This document shows positions 49,945 through 60,685 of a stretch of DNA of 62,226 bases, piece by piece. Location: positions 1 to 62,226 of the forward strand of contig CACDQN010000005.1 of NCBI GenBank assembly GCA_902555055.1, in the 5' to 3' direction. Both the position numbers and the translations under genes were made by a program. Source of the stretch: an uncultured Candidatus Actinomarina sp. (GTDB lineage Bacteria; Actinomycetota; Acidimicrobiia; Actinomarinales; Actinomarinaceae). Below the pieces are notes generated by a model, which was given only the letters and a program-made list of their open reading frames with translations, did not search any database and had not been told where the DNA came from. Each line of letters begins with the position of its first letter. The first letter of the stretch is position 1.

Positions 49945-50958
49945 CTATACAGACCTTCCAACCGCCTTTGCAACAATTGAAGTTTTATCAATTAAAGTTT
50001 TTAATTCTGTTGGTAGTAATGCTTGTGGACCATCACATAAAGCCTCATCTGGTCTTGGGTGAATCTCAATTAAAAGGCCGTCTGCTCCAGCAGCTATAGC
50101 AGCCAATGCTACCGGTTCGACTAATTGATTATCGCCAGTTGCATGACTTGGATCAGCAATGACTGGTAAGTGACTATTTTGTTTTAGAAACGGAATTGCA
50201 TTGATATCAAAAGTGTTTCTAGTTGCTGTTTCATATGTTCTAATGCCTCTCTCACACAACATAACATTTTCATTACCTCTGGACAAAATATACTCACTAG
50301 CAAGAAGTAACTCGTCTAATGTTGCGGACATTCCTCTTTTCAATAAAACAGGAAGTTCAGATTCCCCTACTGCTTCAAGGAGCTTAAAATTTTGCATATT
50401 TCTTGCCCCAATTTGTAAAACGTCTACATATTTTTCCATCATAGATAAATGCTGTGCATCCATAATCTCGCTAAATAGAGGTAAAGAAGTTATTTCTGAG
50501 GCTTCTTTTAACATTTTCAGACCGTCCTCGCCTAACCCTTGAAAGCTGTAAGGAGAGGTTCTTGGCTTAAACGCACCACCTCTTAATCCATTTGAACCAG
50601 CTTCTTTTGCAGCTAACGCAGTTTCAATAGTCTGTTCTTGAGTTTCGGCACTATCTGGCCCTGCAATTATTGCTAACTTATCTCCTCCAATAGACAAATC
50701 TTTTATTTTTACAATTGAATTATCTTTTTTATAATTTTTACTTGCTAACTTATATGGTTTGCCCACAGGTATTACTCGACTTACATTTGGTAATAATTTC
50801 ATCACAGCTCGGTGATCATCATTAACTTTTCCACTAACAGCTACAACATTTCTTTCTACACCATAAATAACCAAAGGTTCGTGTCCCTGCTGAATTGCTT
50901 TCTCCTTAACCTTTTCTACATCCTCTTCACTTGAAGACTGTTTCATTACTACTATCAA
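49945..50958 (-). CDS. aroF: DAHP synthase class I-beta with N-terminal regulatory domain
   Basis: MIVVMK at the N-terminus, GGAFKPRTSPYSFQG, QIGARNMQN, CERGIRT, DPSHATG; AGGAGG SD before the TTG start. Confidence 0.93.
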   Translation of the reverse strand: MIVVMKQSSSEEDVEKVKEKAIQQGHEPLVIYGVERNVVAVSGKVNDDHRAVMKLLPNVSRVIPVGKPYKLASKNYKKDNSIVKIKDLSIGGDKLAIIAGPDSAETQEQTIETALAAKEAGSNGLRGGAFKPRTSPYSFQGLGEDGLKMLKEASEITSLPLFSEIMDAQHLSMMEKYVDVLQIGARNMQNFKLLEAVGESELPVLLKRGMSATLDELLLASEYILSRGNENVMLCERGIRTYETATRNTFDINAIPFLKQNSHLPVIADPSHATGDNQLVEPVALAAIAAGADGLLIEIHPRPDEALCDGPQALLPTELKTLIDKTSIVAKAVGRSV

Positions 50959-50970
50959 TTTTCCTCCTAT

Positions 50971-50997
50971 AAAAAAAAATCGGGCTTTTGCCCGATT
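50971..50997 (-). terminator. attenuator terminator of the aro operon leader
   Basis: AATCGGGC-AAAA-GCCCGATT followed by a long U tract, immediately before the aroF SD. Confidence 0.88.
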
Positions 50998-51021
50998 CTA
51001 CAATACATACTTTAGGGCAAC

Positions 51022-51066
51022 TTATATGTGCTCACTAAAGTAAAAGTATGTGTTGTTTAAATTCAT
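51022..51066 (-). CDS. Phe/Tyr attenuation leader peptide MNLNNTYFYFSEHI
   Basis: 14-codon ORF with tandem TAC TTT TAC TTT. It is preceded by an extended -10 (TGcTAGTAT) 7 nt upstream and followed by mutually exclusive hairpins. Confidence 0.8.
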   Translation of the reverse strand: MNLNNTYFYFSEHI

Positions 51067-51108
51067 TAGAAATATACTAGCAGGATATTTATTAATACAA
51101 ATAAATTT

Positions 51109-51453
51109 TTATCTATCTGGTCTTAAGGTTTTAGCATCATTCAAATATACGTGCTTAACATCATTTGAGCTGTTGTTAATTGTTAAAAGTACCCTTATGC
51201 AACCAGCTAAGTCATCTTTAATATTTGGAGCAACAGTATCAATTGCAGCAACAGAATTCATACCTAATTCTCTGAAAGCCTTTGCAGGAAAAGCTTGATC
51301 TAAGTCCTGCGTTACAGTAAATAACGCAAATACAACATCTTCTTCTGTGATGTTGTTTTCCTTCATAACTGAGAGAATTAAAGATTTGGCCGAAGAAATA
51401 ATGCTCAACTCATTATTATCAACTACAGCTATTGCACCGCGAATACTTTTCAT
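51109..51453 (-). CDS. aroH: chorismate mutase, AroH (Bacillus) type
   Basis: IRGAI, FTVTQDL...FPAKAFR, CIRVL, HVYL..AK.LRPD. Confidence 0.93.
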   Translation of the reverse strand: MKSIRGAIAVVDNNELSIISSAKSLILSVMKENNITEEDVVFALFTVTQDLDQAFPAKAFRELGMNSVAAIDTVAPNIKDDLAGCIRVLLTINNSSNDVKHVYLNDAKTLRPDR

Positions 51454-51471
51454 AATATTTGTTTACTATAT

Positions 51472-51501
51472 AAAAAGAGTGGAACAATGTCCACTCTTTT
51501 T
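51472..51501 (-). terminator. intrinsic terminator after groEL
   Basis: AAAAAGAGTGGA-ACAATG-TCCACTCTTTTT. Confidence 0.85.
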
Positions 51502-51523
51502 TAAAAACTAAGATGCAACTCAG

Positions 51524-53164
<1,641 letters not shown>

Positions 53165-53458
53165 TTACTTACTAACTTTGGCAAGAATATCTCTACTAGA
53201 CAATATAAGATATTCAGTACCTTCAACTTTAATTTCGGTCCCACCATATTTTGAATAAACTACTTTGTCGCCTTTATCAACATCTGGTTTTACCATTTTG
53301 CCTGATTCATTTGGCTCCCCGGGGCCAACTGCTACTACTTCACCTTCTTGAGGTTTTTCTTTAGCAGTGTCAGGAATATATATCCCTGATGGGGTTTTAT
53401 TATCTTCTTCTGACAATGGTTTTACAATTACCCTGTCTCCTAACGGTTGAAGATTCAT
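53165..53458 (-). CDS. groS: co-chaperonin GroES
   Basis: [28 protein letters not shown]. Confidence 0.98.
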   Translation of the reverse strand: MNLQPLGDRVIVKPLSEEDNKTPSGIYIPDTAKEKPQEGEVVAVGPGEPNESGKMVKPDVDKGDKVVYSKYGGTEIKVEGTEYLILSSRDILAKVSK

Positions 53459-53539
53459 ATATATTTACCTCCTAAATAAATATCCACATTGTGAATTTAA
53501 TACTGTCTTGTTTATATATGTAAACAATTTATCTAAAAA

Positions 53540-54541
53540 TTAAGTGATTATTGAGCTTAAACGTACATCTTCAATGTTCATATCGTTAGTTATTAAGTTA
53601 TTTTGTGCAGCTACGCATATCATTGCAGCATTATCTGTAGACAATTTTGGTGTTGGTAAATAAATATTGAGTTCTTTTTCTTCTGCAAAAATATTCATTT
53701 TTTCTCTGAGTCTAGAATTGGCCATTACTCCTCCTCCACCAGAGATACTTTTAACGCCAGTATCGTTAACAGCTTTAACAAAGTTTGATAATAGAGAATC
53801 AACTATAGCTTCTTGGTATGAAGCAGCAAAATCAGCTCTAGTGACTTTATCCTCAATATCTAAATTATTTAGAAAGTTTGTTGCAGCTGTCTTTAAGCCT
53901 GAAAATGAATAATTATATTCATGTTTTGTTTTTGGTCTTGGGAGCTCTATTTTTGCTGGATCTCCTCCTTCACTAATTTTTTGAATTGCAGGACCACCTG
54001 GAAATCCAAAACCACAAAATCTTGATAATTTATCAAAAGCTTCACCAGCTGCGTCATCAATTGTTGTCCCAAGTAATTGGTAACTACCCCACTCTTCTAC
54101 TAAAACAATTTGTGTATGACCACCAGACACTAAAAGTGTTATAAAAGGAGGCTTCATTGTTTTATTTTCAATTAAAGGAGCAGCTAAATGACCAACCATA
54201 TGATCAACAGTAAAAAATGGTTTATCTATTGACCACGCTATTGATTTTGCAAAATTATAACCAACAACGAGGCTTCCTACGAGGCCAGGTCCATCAGTAG
54301 TGGAAACTATATCAATATCGGAAATTTGCAGATTTGCATTATTTAAAGACGAATGAAATATATTTCGTATCATCTCGGCATGCGCTCTTGATGCAACTTC
54401 TGGAACTACTCCTCCAAATTTTTCGTGTATGTCTATTTGTGATGAAATAGTATTTACTAATAGCTCATCACCCTTCATTATTGCAATAGCGGTTTCATCA
54501 CAAGATGTTTCAAACCCAAGAATTATTTTGTCATCAAGCAT
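53540..54541 (-). CDS. tsaD: t6A tRNA threonylcarbamoyltransferase
   Basis: ETSCDET, GGVVPEVASRAH, H..GH, DDAAGEAFDK, TDNAAMI. Confidence 0.96.
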   Translation of the reverse strand: MLDDKIILGFETSCDETAIAIMKGDELLVNTISSQIDIHEKFGGVVPEVASRAHAEMIRNIFHSSLNNANLQISDIDIVSTTDGPGLVGSLVVGYNFAKSIAWSIDKPFFTVDHMVGHLAAPLIENKTMKPPFITLLVSGGHTQIVLVEEWGSYQLLGTTIDDAAGEAFDKLSRFCGFGFPGGPAIQKISEGGDPAKIELPRPKTKHEYNYSFSGLKTAATNFLNNLDIEDKVTRADFAASYQEAIVDSLLSNFVKAVNDTGVKSISGGGGVMANSRLREKMNIFAEEKELNIYLPTPKLSTDNAAMICVAAQNNLITNDMNIEDVRLSSIIT

Positions 54542-54977
54542 AAATTTTCTCTCTTTGAAATAGCTTTGCGTCTTCGTTTACATAATAATTTTTTCTGACA
54601 CCATATTGTTTGAAGCCAAATGATTGGTAAAGGTTCACAGCAGCTTCATTTGATTCCCTTACTTCTAAAAGAATTTTATCGAATTGAGAAATTTCAAAAT
54701 ATGATATTAATTCCTGTGTAAGTTTTTTTGCAATTGATTGATTCCTGTAATCCTTAAGAACTCCAATGCCTAATATATGCAAATCATTTAAAGTTTTTTG
54801 AATTGCTAAATATCCAATAATTTGATCATCTTGCTCGTAGACCCAATATAGGAATTCACCTCGATTAATTTTTTCGTTGATTGTGACCCTATCCCATGAA
54901 GTAGTAAATAAAGTCTCCTCAAGTTTTGCTAGGTTTTCAGCGTATTCTAAAGTAGATTTTTCAATCATCTTAATCAT
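54534..54977 (-). CDS. rimI: ribosomal protein S18 N-acetyltransferase
   Basis: LEVRESN..A..LY..FGF...G.RKNYY; located between tsaB and tsaD. Confidence 0.9.
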   Translation of the reverse strand: MIKMIEKSTLEYAENLAKLEETLFTTSWDRVTINEKINRGEFLYWVYEQDDQIIGYLAIQKTLNDLHILGIGVLKDYRNQSIAKKLTQELISYFEISQFDKILLEVRESNEAAVNLYQSFGFKQYGVRKNYYVNEDAKLFQREKIYA

Positions 54978-55674
54978 AAAAATTTATCTCACCTTCTAAG
55001 CTCTTTGTAGAAAAAGAAACATCAGGCTCTCTCATATATTCAAGCCTGACTTCATTGAAATTTGGATAATCGTCATTCTTAAATATTTCTTTGCCAATAC
55101 TATAAATATGCTCTGATGATACGTGTTCTGGAGACCCTAGTTTAATATATGAATTTTCACCAAAGAGATTTTCCTCTAAACTACGCCAATCACCTACAAC
55201 AAGCTTCTTATCATTATCTTCATTCAATTTGATTTTCAGCTTCGCTGCATCTAAAACTTCCGGCTCTGTATCTTTTACCACTCCGCCGGGAACGGGTTTA
55301 TACAAACAAAAAGCAAACTCTTCTCTTTTAATGTCGATAATAGTACAAATTTTTCTATGCCCAGTATGTGCGGCAAATGCTAAAGCATCAAGCCCATTTA
55401 CAGGTACCAGTGGAATACCGAGACTTCCACATATGCCTTGTGCTACTGCTAATCCAATCCTTAAACTGGTATAGTACCCTGGGCCAATATCAAGATATAC
55501 AACACTTATTTCAGATCTATTAATTTTTGATTTATTAGTTATCTCTTCAATTGACTTCATTAGAAGATTGGTGGTACCATTTTCTGACAAAACAGAGCTG
55601 CTAGATATTAATTTCTCATCATGTATGGCAACTGAAATATATTTACCAGAAGTTGAAATAGATAAGCTATACAT
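54970..55674 (-). CDS. tsaB: t6A biosynthesis protein TsaB
   Basis: GPGYYTSLRIG, C-terminal YMREP; operon context. Confidence 0.9.
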   Translation of the reverse strand: MYSLSISTSGKYISVAIHDEKLISSSSVLSENGTTNLLMKSIEEITNKSKINRSEISVVYLDIGPGYYTSLRIGLAVAQGICGSLGIPLVPVNGLDALAFAAHTGHRKICTIIDIKREEFAFCLYKPVPGGVVKDTEPEVLDAAKLKIKLNEDNDKKLVVGDWRSLEENLFGENSYIKLGSPEHVSSEHIYSIGKEIFKNDDYPNFNEVRLEYMREPDVSFSTKSLEGEINFYD

Positions 55675-56080
55675 TTATAAAAATTTCTCTTTTTTCATGG
55701 TCAACTATTTCAATTTTAATCAAATCCATATTAGGAATGTTTGCTTCCATCATTAGACTAGCCCATTCTATTAATACCAATGTATTGTCTTCTGATAATG
55801 GTAAATCTAAATCGATAAATTCAGACCAACTATTTAACCTATACAAATCTACATGAAAAATCTTTATTTCACCTACTTCGTAGCTTTTTACAATATTAAA
55901 AGTAGGTGAAGTAACAACTTCATTACAACCAAAGAATTTGATAATCTTTTTTGCAACCGTAGTTTTACCAGCTCCAAGAGGGCCAGATAGTCCAATAATT
56001 TTAGGGAGAATAATTCCCTTTAAATAATCATCTAAAAAACTATCTAGATCTTCTTCTTTTACAAATCTACTCAATTTCAA
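55667..56080 (-). CDS. tsaE: t6A biosynthesis ATPase TsaE
   Basis: GPLGAGKT, VTSPTF, HVDLYRL, IEWA. The start is probably a TTG overlapping the end of alr. Confidence 0.92.
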   Translation of the reverse strand: MKLSRFVKEEDLDSFLDDYLKGIILPKIIGLSGPLGAGKTTVAKKIIKFFGCNEVVTSPTFNIVKSYEVGEIKIFHVDLYRLNSWSEFIDLDLPLSEDNTLVLIEWASLMMEANIPNMDLIKIEIVDHEKREIFINV

Positions 56081-57146
56081 CCCTATCAAGTCTTTTTGAC
56101 ATATTTGTGAGAATTTCCCATTCAATTGTTTTGTTCCAGTTCGCAATATCAGATACTGAAATATTTAATTTACCATCATCTGAGTTCCCTAATACAGTAA
56201 CTTCATCATCTATTTGAACGTCTAGCCCTGTTACATCAAATAATATTTGGTCCATAGTTACTCTGCCAATTAATTTACAAAATTGATTTTTTACAATAAC
56301 TTTTCCGTCAGGAAAAGTATTCCAAGGATACCCATCCCCGTAGCCAATTGGTGACGTTGCTATTACAGAATCTCGGTCTAGGATTTTTGCTTTTCCATAT
56401 GAAACCGCTTCGCCTTTTTTCCTATGTTGTAAATTAGAAATTCTCGTTTTTATTTCCATAGTTGGTTTTAGTTTATTTAGACTTTCAACTGGTGAGATTT
56501 CAACACCATATGCCGCAATACCAACCCTTACCATGTTAAAAGAGTCATCCAAGTTATAAAAAGTTGAAGCCGAGTTATCTACATGCAAAAGCAAATTATC
56601 TGTATCAATAGTTGAAATCGTTTTCTTAAATAAATCAATTGCCTTTTGAGTATCTTCTTTGTTGGTATCTGCTTCTGGAAAATGTGTGCAAATACCTGCA
56701 AGGTTTAATTTTGAATCTTTTATTTTTTTAAGGAAATAATCAAATTTCTCTGGAGAACATCCTATTCTGTGCATTCCAGTATCGATTTTAAGATGTACGT
56801 TGTATTTATAGCCTGTTCCAATAAGTGCATCTATAAAACTATCGCTATATACAGTTAGATCTAAATCATTTTTTAAAATATTATCAATCTGACTTACAGA
56901 AGGCTCGGCGAGAAGAAGTACTCTTGAATCTTTGAACGCTTGTTTTACTTTTATCCCTTCATCAATTGATGCAACTGCAAACCATTCCACACCAATCTCT
57001 TTTGCATTTCGTACACTCCATTCAATCCCATGACCATAAGCATTAGCTTTTACAACAAGACAGGTCTTTTTTTTTGAAACTTGAGATAAATATTTTAGAT
57101 TGTTAACAAAGCTCTTTTTATTAACGTATATGTACCCTCTATCCAT
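56067..57146 (-). CDS. alr: alanine racemase
   Basis: VVKANAYGHG, KIDTGMHRIG, GYGDG, GRVTMDQ. Confidence 0.96.
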   Translation of the reverse strand: MDRGYIYVNKKSFVNNLKYLSQVSKKKTCLVVKANAYGHGIEWSVRNAKEIGVEWFAVASIDEGIKVKQAFKDSRVLLLAEPSVSQIDNILKNDLDLTVYSDSFIDALIGTGYKYNVHLKIDTGMHRIGCSPEKFDYFLKKIKDSKLNLAGICTHFPEADTNKEDTQKAIDLFKKTISTIDTDNLLLHVDNSASTFYNLDDSFNMVRVGIAAYGVEISPVESLNKLKPTMEIKTRISNLQHRKKGEAVSYGKAKILDRDSVIATSPIGYGDGYPWNTFPDGKVIVKNQFCKLIGRVTMDQILFDVTGLDVQIDDEVTVLGNSDDGKLNISVSDIANWNKTIEWEILTNMSKRLDRVEIE

Positions 57147-57188
57147 ATCTAATTATTACCTTACAGGAACAAAGTATTCATAGAGGTA

Positions 57189-57359
57189 TTAATCTTCATT
57201 TTGAATTTTTGGTTTTCGCGAACTAAGCGCTGCACCAATAGCAACACCTACTGCTATCCAGGTTGGTTCATTTGTGACAGCAAAAACTGCTACACCTATC
57301 GCTGAGCCAGCACCAACCCACTGTGTACCATTACTTGAGTTCTTAAATTTATTTAACAT
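57189..57359 (-). CDS. small glycine-zipper membrane protein, 56 aa (not in ORF track)
   Basis: MLNKFKNSSNGTQWVGAGSAIGVAVFAVTNEPTWIAVGVAIGAALSSRKPKIQNED, with an AAGGA SD just after the glmS stop. Confidence 0.78.
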   Translation of the reverse strand: MLNKFKNSSNGTQWVGAGSAIGVAVFAVTNEPTWIAVGVAIGAALSSRKPKIQNED

Positions 57360-57372
57360 TTTATTTCCTTTT

Positions 57373-59169
57373 CTACTCCACCGTAACTGACTTGGCTAGG
57401 TTTCTTGGCTGGTCAATAGATTCACCATTTAAATTTGCCACATGATAAGCAATAAACTGAAGTGGGATTATTGATATAACAGTAGAAAGCATTTCACTTG
57501 CCTCTGGAAGTGTAATGTAATCATTTGAAATATCCTGCAACTTTTTTGATGAACTATCTCCGACCGCAATAACGTAAGCTCCTCTTGCTTTAACTTCCTG
57601 AACATTACTTGTGGTCTTATCTAATAAATGGTGCTGACTAGCAGTAACTATTATGGGCGTACCCTCTTCTATTAGAGCTAACGTACCATGCTTGAGTTCT
57701 CCTGCAGCTAATGCCTCTGCATGCAGATAAGAGATTTCTTTCAGTTTTAAAGCACCTTCTGCTGCTAATGCGTAATCAAGTCCTCTTCCTATAAAATAAA
57801 TATCATTCTTTTCATTTATAGATTTTGAAATCTTTTTTACCTGGTCTTCACATTCAAAAGTTTTTTCAATTAATGCAGGTAGCTGTTTTATTTCATCAAA
57901 TGAGGTATCAAGTTTTCCTTCAGAGTCCCAATGTTTGGCTAAAAGTAATTGCCCTACAAGCATTCCTAAATATGCTTTAGTAGAAGCTACTCCAATTTCT
58001 GGCCCAACATGTAAGTAAAATACACTATCAGCCATTCTTGCTAGTGAGCTTCCTACAACATTAACAAGTGCTAATACATGAGAACCGTTTTCTTTTAATA
58101 ACTCCGTTGCTGCAATCGTGTCCATTGTTTCACCTGACTGGGAAATAACAATTCCTAAATCATTTTTTCCAACAATTGGTTCTCGATATCTAAATTCTGA
58201 AGCAAGCTCTACACTTACAGGCACACCTAAAACTTTTTCGAACAGGTCTTTTCCAAAAAGTCCTGCATGATAAGCAGTACCACAAGCAACTATCCAAATT
58301 TTTTCAAATCCTTTCGCTTTGTTTAAATCAATTGGAATTTCTTCTGATCCAACCTCGAGTCGTCCAGAGATTGTTCGTTCAATGACTTCAGCTTGCTCAA
58401 GTATCTCTTTATACATAAAGTGGTCATACCCAGACTTTTCTGCTTCAGATACTTTCCAATCAATTTCTTGTATTTCTCTTGAAATTTCATTCATATTTAT
58501 GTCAAATAATTTAAATTTTCCATTTGTGATTTCTACAAAATCACCATTCTCAAGAAATATCATTTTATTTGTATGTTCTAAAATTGCTGCAGAATCCGAT
58601 GCTAAAAAAGTTTCTCCTTCACCAACACCTAAAACCAGTGGACTCATCATTCTTCCTGCAACAATAGTTCCAGGTTCTTTTGTAGATGTCACAACAAGAG
58701 CATATGTTCCATCTAGTTTTTTAGCTACATTTGTAACTGTTTCCAGAAGTCGTCCAGTCCACTGATTACCTAGCTCTACAGCTACTACCTCTGTATCAGT
58801 GTCTGATTCAAATATAAAATCTTCCTTAAGAAGATCATCTTTCATTTCAGCATAGTTTTCAATTATCCCATTATGAATAATTGCAAATTCTTTTTGATTA
58901 TCTGAATGGGGGTGGGCATTTACATCATTTGGAACTCCATGTGTTGCCCATCTTGTATGGCCAATTCCAATATTGCCATTAATTTTACTATTTTCAAGAT
59001 GGTCTTTTAAAATCTGTAACTTGCCTTCTTTTTTTTCTATGGTTAACTTTTCACCATCTAAAATTGCTACTCCAGCTGAGTCATAACCCCTGTATTCCAA
59101 TCTAGATAAACCACCAATCAGAATTGGCAAAGGTTCTTTTGGGCCCGAATACCCGATAATTCCGCACAT
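57373..59169 (-). CDS. glmS: glutamine--fructose-6-phosphate aminotransferase
   Basis: MCGI, LEYRGYDSAG, GHTRWATHG, SQSGET, PRNLAKSVTVE. Confidence 0.98.
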   Translation of the reverse strand: MCGIIGYSGPKEPLPILIGGLSRLEYRGYDSAGVAILDGEKLTIEKKEGKLQILKDHLENSKINGNIGIGHTRWATHGVPNDVNAHPHSDNQKEFAIIHNGIIENYAEMKDDLLKEDFIFESDTDTEVVAVELGNQWTGRLLETVTNVAKKLDGTYALVVTSTKEPGTIVAGRMMSPLVLGVGEGETFLASDSAAILEHTNKMIFLENGDFVEITNGKFKLFDINMNEISREIQEIDWKVSEAEKSGYDHFMYKEILEQAEVIERTISGRLEVGSEEIPIDLNKAKGFEKIWIVACGTAYHAGLFGKDLFEKVLGVPVSVELASEFRYREPIVGKNDLGIVISQSGETMDTIAATELLKENGSHVLALVNVVGSSLARMADSVFYLHVGPEIGVASTKAYLGMLVGQLLLAKHWDSEGKLDTSFDEIKQLPALIEKTFECEDQVKKISKSINEKNDIYFIGRGLDYALAAEGALKLKEISYLHAEALAAGELKHGTLALIEEGTPIIVTASQHHLLDKTTSNVQEVKARGAYVIAVGDSSSKKLQDISNDYITLPEASEMLSTVISIIPLQFIAYHVANLNGESIDQPRNLAKSVTVE

Positions 59170-59202
59170 ATATGCTCCATTCCAACGAGCTTGTTGAAAT
59201 TT

Positions 59203-59340
59203 TACTGCTTTAACCTACCTCTGTTCAACAATTTCTTGCTGTTTTTAATAGCTTATAACGACTGCAGTGCCGAGTATGCATCCGCCGAATTTTTCGATAA
59301 CATACTACCTCGTCACCTTTTTCAAGGCCTGGCGCTTATT
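59203..59340 (-). ncRNA. glmS riboswitch-ribozyme
   Basis: Minus strand reads AGCGCCAGGCCTTGAAAAAGGTGACGAGGTAGTATGTTATCGAAAAATTCGGCGGATGCATACTCGG..., matching the glmS ribozyme core, in the glmS 5' leader. Predicted cleavage is between 59336 and 59335. Confidence 0.93.
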
Positions 59341-59369
59341 AGCTCGTTAGTATCATTATAAATTATATT

Positions 59370-60677
59370 TCAGGTAAATAAATGATTTTTAATATTGATT
59401 ATTAATTCTTCACTAAAATTAGATAACTCTTCTTCGCTTTGTGCCTCAACTAGAACTCTTAAAATAGGTTCGGTACCAGACTTTCGTATTAAATATCTGC
59501 CATCTAAACCAACCTCATTATACAAATTGTCGGCAATGACATTCAATTCTTTAATTTTCTCATCACTAGGTAAAGTATCTAGTTCTAAATTAATTAATTT
59601 TTGTGGATATTCAGTAATGTTAGAGTCTTTAAATTCTGACAATGAAGTGTTAAAAAAAGCTAGAGCTTTTAGCGAGTAAATCAAAGACACTAATCCATCG
59701 CCAACAGGTAGTTCGTCAGATATAATAATATGGCCTGACTGCTCTCCTCCCAAAGAAGCGTTGTGCTCACTCATTGCTGCAGCTACGTATTTGTCACCAA
59801 CTGATGTTTCTATATTGTGATAATTGTTCTTTTCTGCAGCTTTTTTAAAACCAAAGTTAGACATAACTGTTGAAACAACAATATTATTATTTAATTTATT
59901 TATCGCTTCTAGATATTTTGCTATTAATAAAATAATCACATCTCCGTTACAAGAAGATCTGTTCTCATCAACAAGAATCAATCTATCTGCATCACCATCA
60001 AAAGCTGCTCCTATTTGATTTTTGCCTAAATTAGATACTAGGTTATCTAAATGTGTTGCTCCACAATTCGAATTAATATTTTGACCGTCAGGAGCATTTG
60101 CAATAATTTTAAATTTTGACTTCGTTGACTGAAATAAATCTTCAATAATTTTATATGAAGACCCATTTGCCGTATCAAAAAGAATATTAAATGATGACAA
60201 ATCAAAATCAATCAGGCTTTCAAGATATTCTAAATATGCATCATAACCTTCTGTTGAAGATTTTGAAATTGATGTTTTTTCAGGCAGTGAAATCGTTTGA
60301 AGGTTATTTTCAATATTTATTTCTACCTCATCTGTGAGCTTTGACCCAACATCATTTATTAGCTTAATACCGTTATACTCACTTGGATTATGTGAAGCCG
60401 AGATTATCACACCTAGGTCATGTTCAAATTTTTTAAGCAATATTGGCATTGAGCCTGAAGGTAAAACTCCATAGTTGACAACTTGAACATTTTCCGATAA
60501 CCCGTTACAAATCCACCCTAGAAGTTCTAATGAAGAACTTCTAGTATCTAAAATAACCGCAACAGATACTGGTGATAATTCTTTTTCAACAGAAGAAAAG
60601 ATTTTTGAAACTAAATCTTTATTTAGAGTTTTATTTGGAATACCTCGGATTCCATCAGTACCGAAATATTGTTTCAA
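59370..60677 (-). CDS. glmM: phosphoglucosamine mutase
   Basis: YFGTDGIRG, SASHNP, DGDADR, GGEQSGH, SGTEP. Confidence 0.95.
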   Translation of the reverse strand: MKQYFGTDGIRGIPNKTLNKDLVSKIFSSVEKELSPVSVAVILDTRSSSLELLGWICNGLSENVQVVNYGVLPSGSMPILLKKFEHDLGVIISASHNPSEYNGIKLINDVGSKLTDEVEINIENNLQTISLPEKTSISKSSTEGYDAYLEYLESLIDFDLSSFNILFDTANGSSYKIIEDLFQSTKSKFKIIANAPDGQNINSNCGATHLDNLVSNLGKNQIGAAFDGDADRLILVDENRSSCNGDVIILLIAKYLEAINKLNNNIVVSTVMSNFGFKKAAEKNNYHNIETSVGDKYVAAAMSEHNASLGGEQSGHIIISDELPVGDGLVSLIYSLKALAFFNTSLSEFKDSNITEYPQKLINLELDTLPSDEKIKELNVIADNLYNEVGLDGRYLIRKSGTEPILRVLVEAQSEEELSNFSEELIINIKNHLFT

Positions 60678-60685
60678 TTTTGATT

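Noticed and set aside
51050-51298. 82-aa plus-strand ORF over aroH and the attenuator
   Set aside because: It is antisense to aroH and the leader peptide and has no recognisable features.
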